Source: Lama glama (Eukaryota). Taken from it: DNA of 64,000 nucleotides. The position numbers and the translations under genes were made by a program. A model generated the notes under the pieces. That model had not been told where the DNA came from. It saw only the letters and a list, made by a program, of their open reading frames with translations, and did no database searches. The DNA lies in NCBI GenBank assembly GCA_028534125.1, contig CM052832.1:19904001-19968000 (forward strand), in the 5' to 3' direction. Position 1 is the stretch's first letter; every line of letters starts with the position of its first letter. Of the stretch, positions 49,614 through 61,960 are shown in pieces.

Positions 49614-52600
49614 AATCTTGATATCAGTTCTATAAATAATATTCATAACTAGTTAAATCTGATCCCTGATTTTTACACATGTTATCAAATACGCATTAAT
49701 CTCACTCCCCAATATGTGTATGTTCCCTTTCACTAGGTAGCTCCCCCTGCCTCTACTTTCCTGTTTCAAAGGCAGAGAACACCGACAGAAAATTTATCTG
49801 AATTCCCCTCTGAAACATAGGTGGCTACAAAAACTTGAAAACAATCCCATTTTTCTGTCTTTTAGACATTTTTCTGTCTAAAAGATGGCCTGAGAAGTCG
49901 GAGATTCTGCCAGTCTCGGCTATGATGTCAGCATGTCCTCCTGGAAACATTTTCTCTACCAGGAGTGTGGCTGGCAATGTTATATCCTGCTTCAGCATTT
50001 CTGGGCCCAGTATGGAATACAAGTGGGTTTTTGGGTTTTTTTAAATTGAAGATACCTGGAGCTACAGATCACTTTTTCAACCAGTAAAAATACCCTGCAG
50101 TCCCAGGTAATTTTGACATAGGTAATGACTTAAAATTCCTCTGAGCTTAGATTGCACACTTATGATTCTCCATATTATCCCTCGTATCTCTGCAGATTCC
50201 TGCCTTTTGAGCTTTTAGAGTCGTAAGTTTCTAATATAACCAGGGGAACAAAGTCCTTAGCTTATAAGGTCACAGACCACTATAGGATAGGGTGGGGAGA
50301 TGTGAGTGTATGTTAGTGGGGTTGGGGGGCGTTATAGTTAGTAAAATAAAGAATGGAAGAATTGTCCTATGATGAGTAGAATTGGTTCTGGGGACCAGCC
50401 ACAAAGGCACCAGCTAATACCTGATTGGATCTGTATCAGAACTGGACAAAATTTTATAAAGGAAGGAGAATTATAACAGGCTACAGAAGGACAGTGTTTC
50501 TTCCCTCATCTTTCTGTCTTTTTGTGTATATTCTTGTACCATGGGCAGCAAAAATAGATAAAAATATTTAGCCAGGGTTTCATGTATCCTGTCCTATGTC
50601 TTGTGGTTAGGTTTAACTTTTAGAATCCTATACAGCGAGTCTTCACCAATATCATATACCTGTTAGCAAAAAATATATTATGAATCTCTTAGGGGTGTGA
50701 ATGACAAGCATTATTTTCATTTCATATAATCAGAGGGCTTGAAAGGAAACTAGCATGCCGTCAAAACTGTCTGCCTGACTGTGTGCAAAAGTGAGCATCC
50801 TTACAAAAAGCTGTGGACCTATGAGTATCTGGACTGTTTTCAAAGGATGTGAACCTTTCTCCCTTGAATAAGTCATTCCTGCAGTTTAACAATCTTTACA
50901 GTTGGGATGTGCCTTCTCATAAAGAACTTGCTTTTAAAATGGACCAGAGTTTTTCCATTTTGCTGGAAGAAATGGACTACTTTGTATTGTTTGACCACAT
51001 ACTAATGCTTTGGTAGCAAAGGGATTCATTACATGGTGAATGCGCTGGTGAGGGGGAGGATATTTCTTCCCTCCCTCTCCCTAAACTCTGCAATTTCAAA
51101 TAAGACTGTCTCACAGATACCCTTCTCCTTCCCTTTCGGGTTACAGTACATCACACTAGATGGCAGTAATACCCCAGTTTGGGAGTCCATTTTCCATCTC
51201 CCCTGCCCCCACACACAACCTTTTCTTGTCCAAAATAATATGGAATAAAACATGCAAATAAAAAATCCGTTCATTTTGTACAAGGTTCATTCAGAAAAGC
51301 TGATATACAATTAAAGCTGGTGAGGAAAAAAAATACGTTAAATGATATTGAAAACTCAGGAGCTGTGGGGTTTTTTCAAGGAGGGTGGGGGTAGATCCTA
51401 TGGTTTATTTCTTTGTTTGTTACTGTTTTTCAGATATAGTTTAATTACAAAAGGAAATTTGTTGGACCAGAAATCTAAGCTTTGGTGGGAAGGTAAAAGT
51501 ATATTTCTGAGGGAAAAAAACGAATTCAGCCCTGCCAGTGGCTTGTGCTTTTTCAAATCCTATGCTTCTTCCAGCAGATTGACTATGCTTTTATGCAACA
51601 TTAACCTGGATTTTCTAGACAGAAACCATCAGATGCAAGCTCAGAGCCCTATGTGTATTGGCCATTAACAGCGAGTAGAGTGATTGGAAGGAAAACAAAA
51701 CCAAAGCAAAAGCTCCTGGTACAATGAAGACCCCTTTTCATTGTGTTTGTGTAAACCTGGAGATCTGCTGAGGATTTGGAGGGAGACAAATCCAGTTTCT
51801 GTAAAATATTCTTGGCCAGCTAACCCAGAGCCCGAGAGTGCCCTACTAAGGGGGAGCCATCCGAGAAAAACATATGCCAGAAACGGCCCTACTCTGATTC
51901 CACAAATTCACTTTGCACACAAAGTAGTAAAAAGGTAAAAATGTTTTTATGGAAACAAACTTGTGAAACATTTAACTTGCTGTTACAGGAACATTATTTT
52001 TTCCCTCTCACAGTTCACAGCCCTAGGCTTTATACTGGAATTCTTAGGTACTCTGCTCTCATTTTAAAGAAAGCATGTAATCTCCTTTTAAAGGTTACTG
52101 CACGGAAAACTGAAGCAGCATCATAAGGAGCAGCGTGAATTCATGAGCAAATATGCAGAATGTTACTCAGCCTGCATGTGAAAATGCTTAATGCATTATT
52201 TATAGATGTTGTTTTACCACGGAGATGAAGGTTATGCATTGGACTCCCGGGCAATGGGTCAAGTCTTGAGAGGCCATCCTGATAATCCTGGCTGACAGTT
52301 TCTTGGATGGAGTTAGTGAACTTTAAGTAGATGTGTTTTCCAACTTGGAACAGTGAAAAAAAATTTTTTTAATTAGCTAACTACTCATTTATCCAACTTG
52401 ATCACAACTCATTAATTTTGATCAGAAACAGTGCGTGGGGTTGGGAGGTGTTGCCATGTTCACATTCTCTCTCCCTAAATTCTATGAATCATTCTAATAA
52501 GAGAAATATGCAATTACCCTTGTCTTGTACCCTTCACCAATGATGTTTCCATATATTCTAGTGTCTGGAGTCAAGTGGACTCAGTAATAGTGTGACTTAT

Positions 52601-52883
52601 AAAGAAATACTGGCCTTTTAGGACATTTATGTTAGAATTTCCAATGGAAAATTATTTCTAAATATTTCTAAATGATTTTCAAAATTTATGTATATAGTAT
52701 TACGGAATATATTATACCTAATATTACAGAATTCCATACCTTTAAGTCGTTACCTATACGGGGCCCTTTTGTTGTATGTGCCTCCCTTGAGATCCCCTGT
52801 ATAACACAGAAGATCTAGTTCTGCCTGTTCAAGTAATCTTGGACATGATATTGAGGTCCTGACCTCTTCCAGTGTTAAACAGG

Positions 52884-53090
52884 CAGTGGCATATGGTGGG
52901 AAGATTAGGGGGAGTGGGCTACCCCTGTGCAGGCAATAAGGGGGTACGTTGTTCTACAAAGAATTTAGAAACAATAGGAAACCTTGCTAAAAATAGGTCT
53001 GTTTTTTTTTATCATCATCATGCACCAGCAGCTCTAAACAATGTCAGTAATAAAATAGTCCTCCACACAAAGCAGATCCTGCCTTCTCCT
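52884..53090. mobile_element. Arthur1-like hAT-Tip100 DNA transposon fragment
   Basis: cagtggc start; gtgcaggcaataagggggt...gaatttagaaacaata...ctaaacaatgtcagtaataaaata. Confidence 0.75.
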
Positions 53091-53794
53091 TGTCTCCCCT
53101 TGAAGGTGGCTGAAAAAGGGAAGGTTTTTGATGCTATCATATGAACTCAAGGGGACTATATTTTCTACTTAGGCATATAGATAAAACAAAGCAAAACAAA
53201 AGCACAAAAGTCCTTTCATCCTTCCTTTTCATAATCTTTCCCACTTCTAGCCTCCCTCTCTTTCCTTCAGTGTTGATTTGAAAGTTTCACCAAATTGAAG
53301 GATTCATATATTATTCTTGTGAGCATGAAGCATTTTTTGGCAATTAGTATTTTCCATGAATACTGAATATTTTTGAATTGATCTGGGCCATCCTCGAAAA
53401 TCTTTCCTCTTTTCCATCTTTCCTTACATCCAGGAGCAGTAGACTGGAAAATAGTCAACATAACAGAAATCCTTCATATTAACAAAATACTACAAAATCA
53501 AGCCATTCAGAAGTGTCCCTATTTAATAGGCAGTAGAATCCAGGATAATAAGAGGTGGCAAAAGGGCTTTCTGTGGGAGGACAACTGGCAAGAGCGTATC
53601 TCCAAAGCCCATGGGACTCAGGATAGTCCTCAGCAAGCATCTTAGGACATCTCTGTTTAGATGGAACACCTCTGCATCAGGATGTTTCTAGGCCAACTTA
53701 AAAGATCACTGTTTGAATTATAGTAAAACCAGTGTATGAATGGAAAGCAGTTTTGCCATCATTTGTCCATCCTGGAAAGGTATATGAGTAAACT

Positions 53795-54035
53795 CCATGA
53801 TTAAAAGCACAGATTTTCAAGTCAGAAAACCTAGAGTTTTAGTCCTGGCTCCCCCCCCTTACTGAATGTATGACATTGCTTAAGTTCTTCTTTAAGACTT
53901 GGTTCTCTCATCTGCTAAACTGGTGTAAAAATAGTAATAATAATGGCGTATTATGGGGTTACCATGAGGTTTAAATGATACAATGCAAGTAATATGTTTA
54001 CCTCAGCTCTTGGCACAGAGAATACTTTCAGTGCT
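53795..54035 (+). mobile_element. MIR SINE
   Basis: gattaaaagcacagattttcaagtcagaaaacct; ggttctctcatctgctaaactgg; tgaggtttaaatga; tggcacagag. Confidence 0.75.
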
Positions 54036-54299
54036 TCTCCACTATTTGATTCCACATAGAGTGTTATGTGCACAGTGGATAATAGAATAATACTTCTCTT
54101 TGGCCTACAACTAGCTACCAGTTAAGTCAGTTGTGGGTTCATAAGCAAATGATCACTCTTGCTCCTCATCTTATCTTTATATATTTACTTCCTTTCTCAC
54201 TTATCAGTCCCAATTATTTAGTCCCGCTCTGGCAAGGTATCCCATGCCCTCTCACCAGTGTATAAATAATAGAATTATACTCCTAACATGAGTGGTGAA

Positions 54300-54625
54300 T
54301 TTTCACCAGAGAAAGAAAAAAAAGAAAGATCAGTATTGCCTAAAGTAAGAGAAATTTCTATGAGAAGGTAAAACCTTGATGTCACTCTCACAGAAGAGAC
54401 TGGGTTTGAAGAGAGGGGAGAAGAAAGATGGTTCTACTCAGGGTTGGAGGAAAGGCATGAGCAAAGAAAAGGAGACAGGGAGAGACTGGGCACCAAATGA
54501 GGAAGGAACCGGCATCACTGGTGGTGGGGAGAAGTGTCATGAGTAGATCAGGTTGGATAGGGAGTCAAGGCTGATCATACAGATGATGGACAAAAATCTA
54601 CGACTTAAAGCAGGAAGCCACTTGG
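54300..54625 (-). mobile_element. L2 fragment
   Basis: ggaggaaaggcatgagcaaaga...gatcaggttggataggg...ggaagccact. Confidence 0.55.
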
Positions 54626-54844
54626 GATTTGAGATTCAGGGTTGGGGCTGAAACGCAGGGTGAAAGCTGGGGCTAGAGTCAGAGCTAGAGTGCTGATTAG
54701 GGTTTGAAACTGCAGCTGTGGTTGGGGTTAGGTTTGGGGGCCACTCATGCAGAAAAGTGAAAATGTATATGTGGATAGATGCACACATTTCAGAGGATGC
54801 AAAGCCCTTGGAGCTAATCAGTGAATTTCTGTTTAAGAGTCTCA

Positions 54845-54875
<31 letters not shown>

Positions 54876-54940
54876 CAATATATGTGTGTGTGTATATAAA
54901 TATAAACATATGAAATATAATATATGTACTCATATACTTA
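54845..54940. repeat. compound (GTCT)n/(TG)n/(TA)n microsatellite
   Basis: gtctgtctgtctgtctgtctgtctctctct...tgtgtgtgtgtatata. Confidence 0.85.
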
Positions 54941-55552
54941 TAGTCAAAGCAATGACTGGTCCTATTATAGGAAATGCTGTCTATTTGTTTGCTAAACTGA
55001 ATAATAGAAGTAACTAACACTTACTAAACTCAGGCACAGTGGTGAACATTTCATATATGTTATCTAGTTGAATTTAAATCTAGTGGAAAGGAAAGAGAGC
55101 GATTATAGTTGGGATGGAAAGGAGACTGGGATCAAGGAAACCAGCTAACAATCTGTTACCAAAATCCAAATTTGAATTGATAAAGCTCTGGAGTACGTAC
55201 GGTAAATAGAAGTAGAAATGGAAAGGAAGAAGGAAAATGTGAAAATATTAGAAAAGGAGACATGATATCACTTTGAAAGAGACCAGGTAGAAGAGTTTTT
55301 AGAGAGGGAACTTTGGAAGATGTTTGTAAATTTAATACCTTGGCAGGGTGGGCTACAGGAATAAGAGAGGTAACAAAATGTTGTAAACTACAGTATGTTT
55401 AATCAAGGGTGGGGCGGGGAGAGTGGATTGGAGGATGTCATTGTGAGAAACTGTGATGTTGGCTCTGACGCTGGGGGAAAATGTCTGCTAAAAGCCACTG
55501 CATATAAGTTACCAGAATTGTATCATTCACATCCTTAGACTTAGATCTACAG

Positions 55553-55766
55553 CAGAGATGATATTTCTCTTCATAAAGAACTAGATAATAAATATTTTAG
55601 GCCCATGGGCCATAGGTTATCTGTTGCAACTGAACTCTGCTGTGGTAGCAAAAAAAAAAAAAACAGCCATAGGTAATACATGTAAAATGGGTGTAGCTGT
55701 GTCTCAATAAAACTTTATTTACAAAACCAGGCAAGCAGCCCCTGGGCTATAGTTTGCTAATCTGTA
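55553..55766. mobile_element. MER58A hAT-Charlie DNA transposon
   Basis: ataaatattttaggc...tctgttgcaact...caataaaactttatttacaaaa...tatagtttgct; near-identical 8-bp flanks atctacag/atctagag. Confidence 0.85.
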
Positions 55767-56169
55767 ATCTAGAGGGTTACTCTGATTTCTTTATATTTAT
55801 TTCCAGGAGAAGTAAGCTAAGGGGAAATAGAGAAGAAACTAACATTGATTGACTATGTATTATGTTCCAGAATGTGTTCTAGGCAGTATATATTCACACA
55901 GTTATCTATTCCCCTCCCTAGTATTAGCAACTTATCCAAGACAGTTTTATCTCTCAGGAAAATAACTTCAATACCCTTGTTCCTGATTCTGCTTTGCTTG
56001 TACATCTCCTCAAGTCATTCTGCCAGAATGGTTTTTAAAAACATAGTCATGCCAAATTTTTTTCTACTAATGTTGAACATACAAGACCACTCTGGCAGAG
56101 TGAATTGAGGAGGTATACAGGCAAAGCAGAATCAGGCATGAGGCTGTTGAAGTCATTTTGATGCCAAAT

Positions 56170-56870
56170 GTTTAAAGAAAGAATAACACTAATTCCATTA
56201 AATTTCTTCCGGAAGACAGAAGAGAAGGGGTCAGTTTCTAATTCATGTTATAAGGTCTACATTACTCTGATATCAAAACCAGACCAAGACAGTAGGAAAA
56301 CAACAGAACAATATCCCTCATTAGCATAGACACAAAAATTAGCAACAAAATCTTAGCAAATTGAATCTAATAACATATAACACAGATAATACACTAATAT
56401 CAAGTGGAACTTATTCCGAGAATGCAAGGGTGTATCAACATGTTAAAAATCATACAAAGTAATCTACAAATTAAGATTCAAAAGAAGCAAAAGCACATGA
56501 CCATATCCATTGATGCAGAAAAAACATTTTACAGAACTCAACACTCATTCATTATACAATCTCTCAGAAAATTTGGAATGGAAGGGGATACCTTCAGTCC
56601 AATAAAAGGCATCTACAGAAACCCTAGGGCTAAAATGCTTATTGGTGGAAGCTTGAATGCTGTCTTTCTTAGAGAACAAGTTAAGGATGTCCATTCCTCC
56701 CATTCGTGTTTATGTTAGTGGAATCCTAGCCAGTACAAGGCAATAAAACAAAATAAAATTCATACAGATCAGGAAGAAAAAGGTTTTGGTCACTATTTGA
56801 AGATGGCAGTCATATTTCCATATTCTAGCAATGCATAATTGTCAACTGATACTAAAATATTATTCAGAAT
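56170..56870 (+). mobile_element. L1 ORF2 (RT domain) fragment, decayed
   Basis: ORF 56404-56718 IPRMQG...HMTISIDAEKTFYRTQHSF...KGIYRNP parallels L1 IPGMQG...HMIISIDAEKAFDKIQHPF...KAIYDKP. Confidence 0.88.
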
Positions 56871-56879
56871 TCCTTCTCT

Positions 56880-57175
56880 TATGCTTCAAATTAGCCAATA
56901 AGTGACCTTAAGAAACCCCAGACTTCTCATCCCCCCAGCCTAATTAAGGCAGAGCCCCAGGTTTGCAATCCCTCTCTCTGCCTGTGAGTTCACTACATGA
57001 CTTTCAGGCATGCCAGGTATCCTGCAGAACCTGTGAGTAATACGACTGTTCCTCCAAGTTCCCAGATGAGTTTTTGCTGAAGTGCTTCTCGCAATCAGAA
57101 CAAGAACCACAACACCGGCCCCAGTGGGGGAAACGTCTGTGAGGGCTCACCATGTGTAATATGGGCCCGGGCATT
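56880..57175 (+). mobile_element. ERVL LTR fragment (MER68/MER77-like)
   Basis: ttcaaattagccaat...tccctctctctgcctgtga...agaacctgtgagtaata...tttttgctgaagtg. Confidence 0.5.
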
Positions 57176-57189
57176 CCTAGCTGGGAACA

Positions 57190-58085
57190 TTACCATCCGT
57201 AGGCTGAGACTGACATGCCATTGGTCGAGCCCAAAACTAGAGTCATCCTTGGTTTTGCTCTTTCTCTCCCACCTTTGCCTAATCGGTTAGAAAAACCTAT
57301 CAGATCACACCCAGAATCTGACTGCTTCTCCCCTCCTTTGCTGTTATCACCACAGGCACCATCATCTCTTGTCTCAACTGTTACAAAAGACTTTTGAGCT
57401 GGCCCCCATACTTCTGCACTTTCTTGCTCTATCGTCTAATCCATACAGTTACCAACAGCATCAACTTGACAGTTAAAATAGATTGTATTGGTCCTTGACT
57501 CAAACTCTTCAAATGAGCTTCTCATCTCACTTAGAGTATAAACCAAAATCATGACCATGAGGTTAAAAGGTCCTGCATGATCTGATCTGGCCTCCACCCT
57601 CACTCTGCTCTCAAATCCTCTCTCTCTCTCTCCTCGACTCCTTTCCAGTCCCATGTCATTTCTTGATATTTTTGAACATGCCAGATATACTCTAGCCTCC
57701 CAGTTTTTGCACTGCTGTTTCTAGTGCTAGAAACTGTTTTCAACCAGAGCTCAAAAAATTCCTTTCTTCACTTCCTTCTGGTCTCTGCTAATACAATATC
57801 ATAGCAGAGAGACTTTTTCTAACCACCTTATTTTTAAAAACATCCTGCCCATCCCTGGCATTCCCAACTCCTCCTACCTGCTTTATCTTTTCCTTTTTTT
57901 TTTTTTTGGCACATACAGCCTACTAATGAATTATAGATTTTGTCCTTTATTAAGTTATTCCATGAGTAGAAATCAACTTTCATGACGGCAGAGATTTTGT
58001 CTGTTTTGTTGTTGGCTCTATCTCCAAAACCTAGAACAGTCCCTGCCATACCATAGGTACTCAATACATAAATGTTTAGTGAATA
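57190..58085 (+). mobile_element. L2a 3' fragment
   Basis: ccagaatctgactgcttctc; catgatctgatctggcctcc; ggcagagattttgtctgttttgtt...cctagaacagt...taggtactcaatacataaatgtttagtgaat. Confidence 0.85.
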
Positions 58086-59039
58086 CATTTTATGTAGGCA
58101 TAGCCTCGATATCCAACCCAGAATCTATAAATATGCTTGAAAATCAATGAAGTTCTGCTTTCTATGAATATAAGTTTTGGAAAGGACTTTTTATAAATAA
58201 TTTAGATTGTATAAAGGATTACTATTATTATTCCTTTCATGTCTTTAAGATAGGCCAATATTTTTTTGTCCATCCCTCCAAAGTTCTTTCTAGGGTAAAT
58301 TCTTTATGAAACTCCAAAATGCATTGTTCATCATTTTATCTTGTATGATTTATCATGATTATACTTAGAGTCTAGATTCCATGCTCAACATGCCATCTAT
58401 TTTTTTCTTAGTCCTATTCCAAAAATAAATAAATTCTACTTAAAGATTGTACTAGGTTTTGCCATGTGTTCCAACTAGCCAGTTTTAATGCAAGTATACA
58501 TAACTCAAGGAGAAAACAATATTTTGGATTTTTTTCCCCATTTAACTGTCCTATTGTAGCTTGGATTGCCAAGATCATGCATTTCCTTTTTAAAAAGGAG
58601 TTGCCAAGTATTTACTACAAACACCTGTTTCTTTTTTAATCAATTCAAAGACAATTATAAAACTTAAAGTCATAACTGACAATTGTTATATTATAAAGAA
58701 CTTGTGTTGAGAGTCTATAACAGCCTGGGTAGCCTTTTACTTTTATATAGCAAATCAAAATAAGACAGGGGATTAGAGTACCTAAGTAAGTTTATGTAAG
58801 AGCCATGATAGGGTTCATCTCTTATTGATAATGAGACTACTACAGTAAATAAATTAAGACCAAAAAACCCCCTAATGTTAGCATCCATGATACATCTAAT
58901 TCTGTAGGAAATTACTATCAGCAAAAATGCTTCTTAAGCAAAGAACCATACTGTTTACCCATGAGTTGTCTACAATCTAGGTCATAGGGGAAGCCAAACC
59001 CACAACTCCTACCACATGACAACAGATGAAAGAGAGACA

Positions 59040-59500
59040 AATTATTACTGAGTTTGGGGTTCCAAAGCCTTGTAGGGACATTGGGAACTTGCAGGGAATC
59101 CAGAGAAGAGCCACAGAGATGATTAAAGAGTGTAAAATGGGACCTTTGAGGATAGGTTAAAAGAATTGGGATTATTTAGTTTGGAAGCAAGGATATTTAA
59201 AAAGTGGTTTTATAATAGCTTTAAATAACACACAGTGTTAGTTAATTGATGATGGTAACTAACTACCCTCCAGCATGAGAAGAAATGGACAAAATATACT
59301 ACCTGAGAGATTTGGGTTAAACATATCTATCAGAAGGGGGAGTTTTCAAAGCTCGAAGATAGATGGTCAAAGTATGATACTGTTTTTGGCGGGGGTTATT
59401 TAATTTTTTTAAAATAGAGAAGAGATTCATATAGCTAACATGCAAAGGCAGGAAGTGAAAATAAGTAATTTTTAAGGGCTGAGCACTAGATGACTTCTCG
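59040..59500 (+). mobile_element. CR1/L3 LINE 3' fragment
   Basis: DIGNLQGIQRRATEMIK, then a frameshift, then FEDRLKELGLFSLE; this matches the CR1 ORF2 motif LERVQRRATKMI...YEERLKELGLFSLE; ctagatgacttctc near the 3' end. Confidence 0.85.
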
Positions 59501-60194
59501 AAACAACTTACAGGTATGTGACCCTTGGACCTTATTCAACATTTGCCAAGTTTTACAATAGGTTTAGTGCCAATTTTGAATGGAAAATCCTGCACCCTTT
59601 CCTCTCATCTTTAATTTTTATAACACTAATTATCTCTGCAGATTGAAAGTTTAAGTGCTTGGTACTTTGTATCCACTTATAATCAGGCACACCAAACTAT
59701 CACGAAAGAATGCAATGTTTGTTTTCTTTAGGAAGTATTTCAAAGATCATTGGTAGATGATGTATAATCTTCTAGCATATGAAACAGACTGGCAATAAAA
59801 ATTACTTCCTCAGGGATACCAATTTACCATGCATTTAGTATCTCCAAATGCTTTTTGTAGAAAAAAAAATTGAAGTAACCAGGCTGAATTTCACTTTTTT
59901 ACTTCTTAAATACTAGTCAAAATAAAAGGAATGGTTAATGCAATGATTATGAAAATAAATCTTTCCAGTCCAAAGGCAATAATAATTCAACTGAAAAGCT
60001 CACAACAAGGGATACTCTGACACAGTTCATCTCTCTCAAAGCTTGAATGATGTTTGATTTGTTCCAAACCAAATTTAAAATAGCCTAAGCAAACCCAAAT
60101 TTATTTTAAAACCCAACTCTCATTGTTTGCCATTTCAGTGGGTTTTCTTCTTGGCAACAAAGAGCTTGAAGTCTTAATAAAGTTGGGAACTTAC

Positions 60195-60412
60195 TTAAAT
60201 GCAGTGACAAAGAAATTGGGCCAATGCTTAGGAAAACTGTTTGCCAAGAAATTTTGGAACAATTGCATTTTAAGTATTCCATTTAAGAGGTAGAATTGAA
60301 CTTCTGTGGAGCAAAACTGCTGTATACGCCTTATCGTTAGAGTGTGCTTTTTCACAATCTTAAATGGAATTAGGTTTCTCATTAATGAAGCAAATAAATC
60401 TGAATTCATTTC
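60195..60412 (-). other. candidate internal exon (218 nt) or conserved non-coding block
   Basis: minus strand: atcttgtcttttcag acceptor, TAA|GTAAGT donor; one frame open throughout (EMNSDLF...FVTAF). Confidence 0.22.
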
Positions 60413-61609
60413 CTGAAAAGACAAGATATGGATTCCAGTAATAGTGTTTTAAAACACTCTTGTGTACTTACCTACATTACAGTATTTCAAAGTAATAGGA
60501 ATCTTGGCCATCAAACGTATCTTCATTAATTTCACACTGTGCGAATACAAATAAATAGCTAAGCTTAGTGCAGACTTTTTAAGTCTTTCAACCCCATGCA
60601 TTTACCTATTCTTTTAGCTTCATTTACTGTGATGTTGGAACCAGCTATTTGACCACCGTTTGGGGGCATGAATCAAGGCATGTTAGAGATAAAATTGGTA
60701 TTAATGCATGAAATTGCTTTCATTTAAGCTGGAAGACAATTTAAAAAAAAAAAGGAAGAAAGAAAATGAAGCACCGTCACTCTCCTTTTACCTGTTTCAT
60801 ATTCATATACCTTATGCTTGGATGTAAAGGATAAGTAAAAGGCCACTCAGTGTTAGGGGAGTGAGCTAGTCATGGTGGTCATGGGACGGATGATGCTCCG
60901 AGGAGGAAAGTTTAACTGACTCCTATACTTCTTGTTTACAACCTTCTTTTCTGAAGTCTCCTGTTGCCAAGTTGCAAAAAGAATATTTCTAAGAAAATCG
61001 GAAGGTTTATTCAACAATACAGATCAATATTGGAGAAGTGGGGCACTTTCTGGATGGAACACCTGCAATGAAAATAACCCATTTAAAGCTACTTTACTAT
61101 ACATTAGTTGGGACACAAAATAAAAAGACCATCTGGGTAAAATTATGATCACCAGCTTTTTACCTCTGAAGTTTTCAGAGATATGCTCTCCCCACTAAGG
61201 CTCCATTCAGGTAGAAATTAAATTTCCACCCTTATCAGCTGTGCAGGCTTCCGTGGAGTCCTGCCCACAGAGCTTAATCCAGACAGCAGTGTTTTGTCAT
61301 CCACAAATCTCTTCTATTCTAATCTTTGAGTGTGTTTAGAAATATGAATGTGGCATTTTCATAGGCCAGGCTGCAAATTGGAGGCATACCATGCAGCAAA
61401 AAAATATGAGCTCATAGGGGAGAAAAAGAGCTTAGGTATTTTATTCTAAATTGACAAATAGGATGTTTCTGATCTCAAAGGAATTCTCTGGCTCACTATT
61501 GAATTATTACTTTTAAAAATGTTTAACTGAGGAGACAGACCTATATTCAGATCCCCTAGGAAAAAGACTTTCAGTATATTTTCTAATATTCACAGTAAGA
61601 ATTAGCACC

Positions 61610-61960
61610 ACTGAATTCAATGTAATACAAAATGAATTAAGTAAAAAGCCTCTATCCTTGGGAAACTTCTGACAAAGGACATTGATGCAAAATGAAACAC
61701 AAAGGATAGAATGTCACTTGTTCTGTAAGACACTCAGGAGAGACAGCAAGTTGCAGTAATATGTTTAGACTGAAGCGTTCCTGAAAAAATGCCAAATATC
61801 CTTTTGATAAGATTTGATTTGGAAGCAATTCAGGTGATACCTAGATGTACAAGGATAGGAATTTAATGCATAGAGAAGAGTAGGGGCACTGCAGGATTAT
61901 GTTGAAAACAGGAAGCTTGGAAGATGTATTGAAAGGACTGGAAAATGAGTAAAGGGAAGA
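61610..61960 (-). mobile_element. L2 fragment, degenerate
   Basis: aagcctctatccttgggaaacttc; actcaggagagacag; aggataggaattt. Confidence 0.45.

Noticed and set aside
56404..56718. Functional reverse-transcriptase gene
   Set aside because: Short decayed L1 ORF2 fragment bounded by stops; the same holds for 24877-25137, 29203-29448 and 36454-36639
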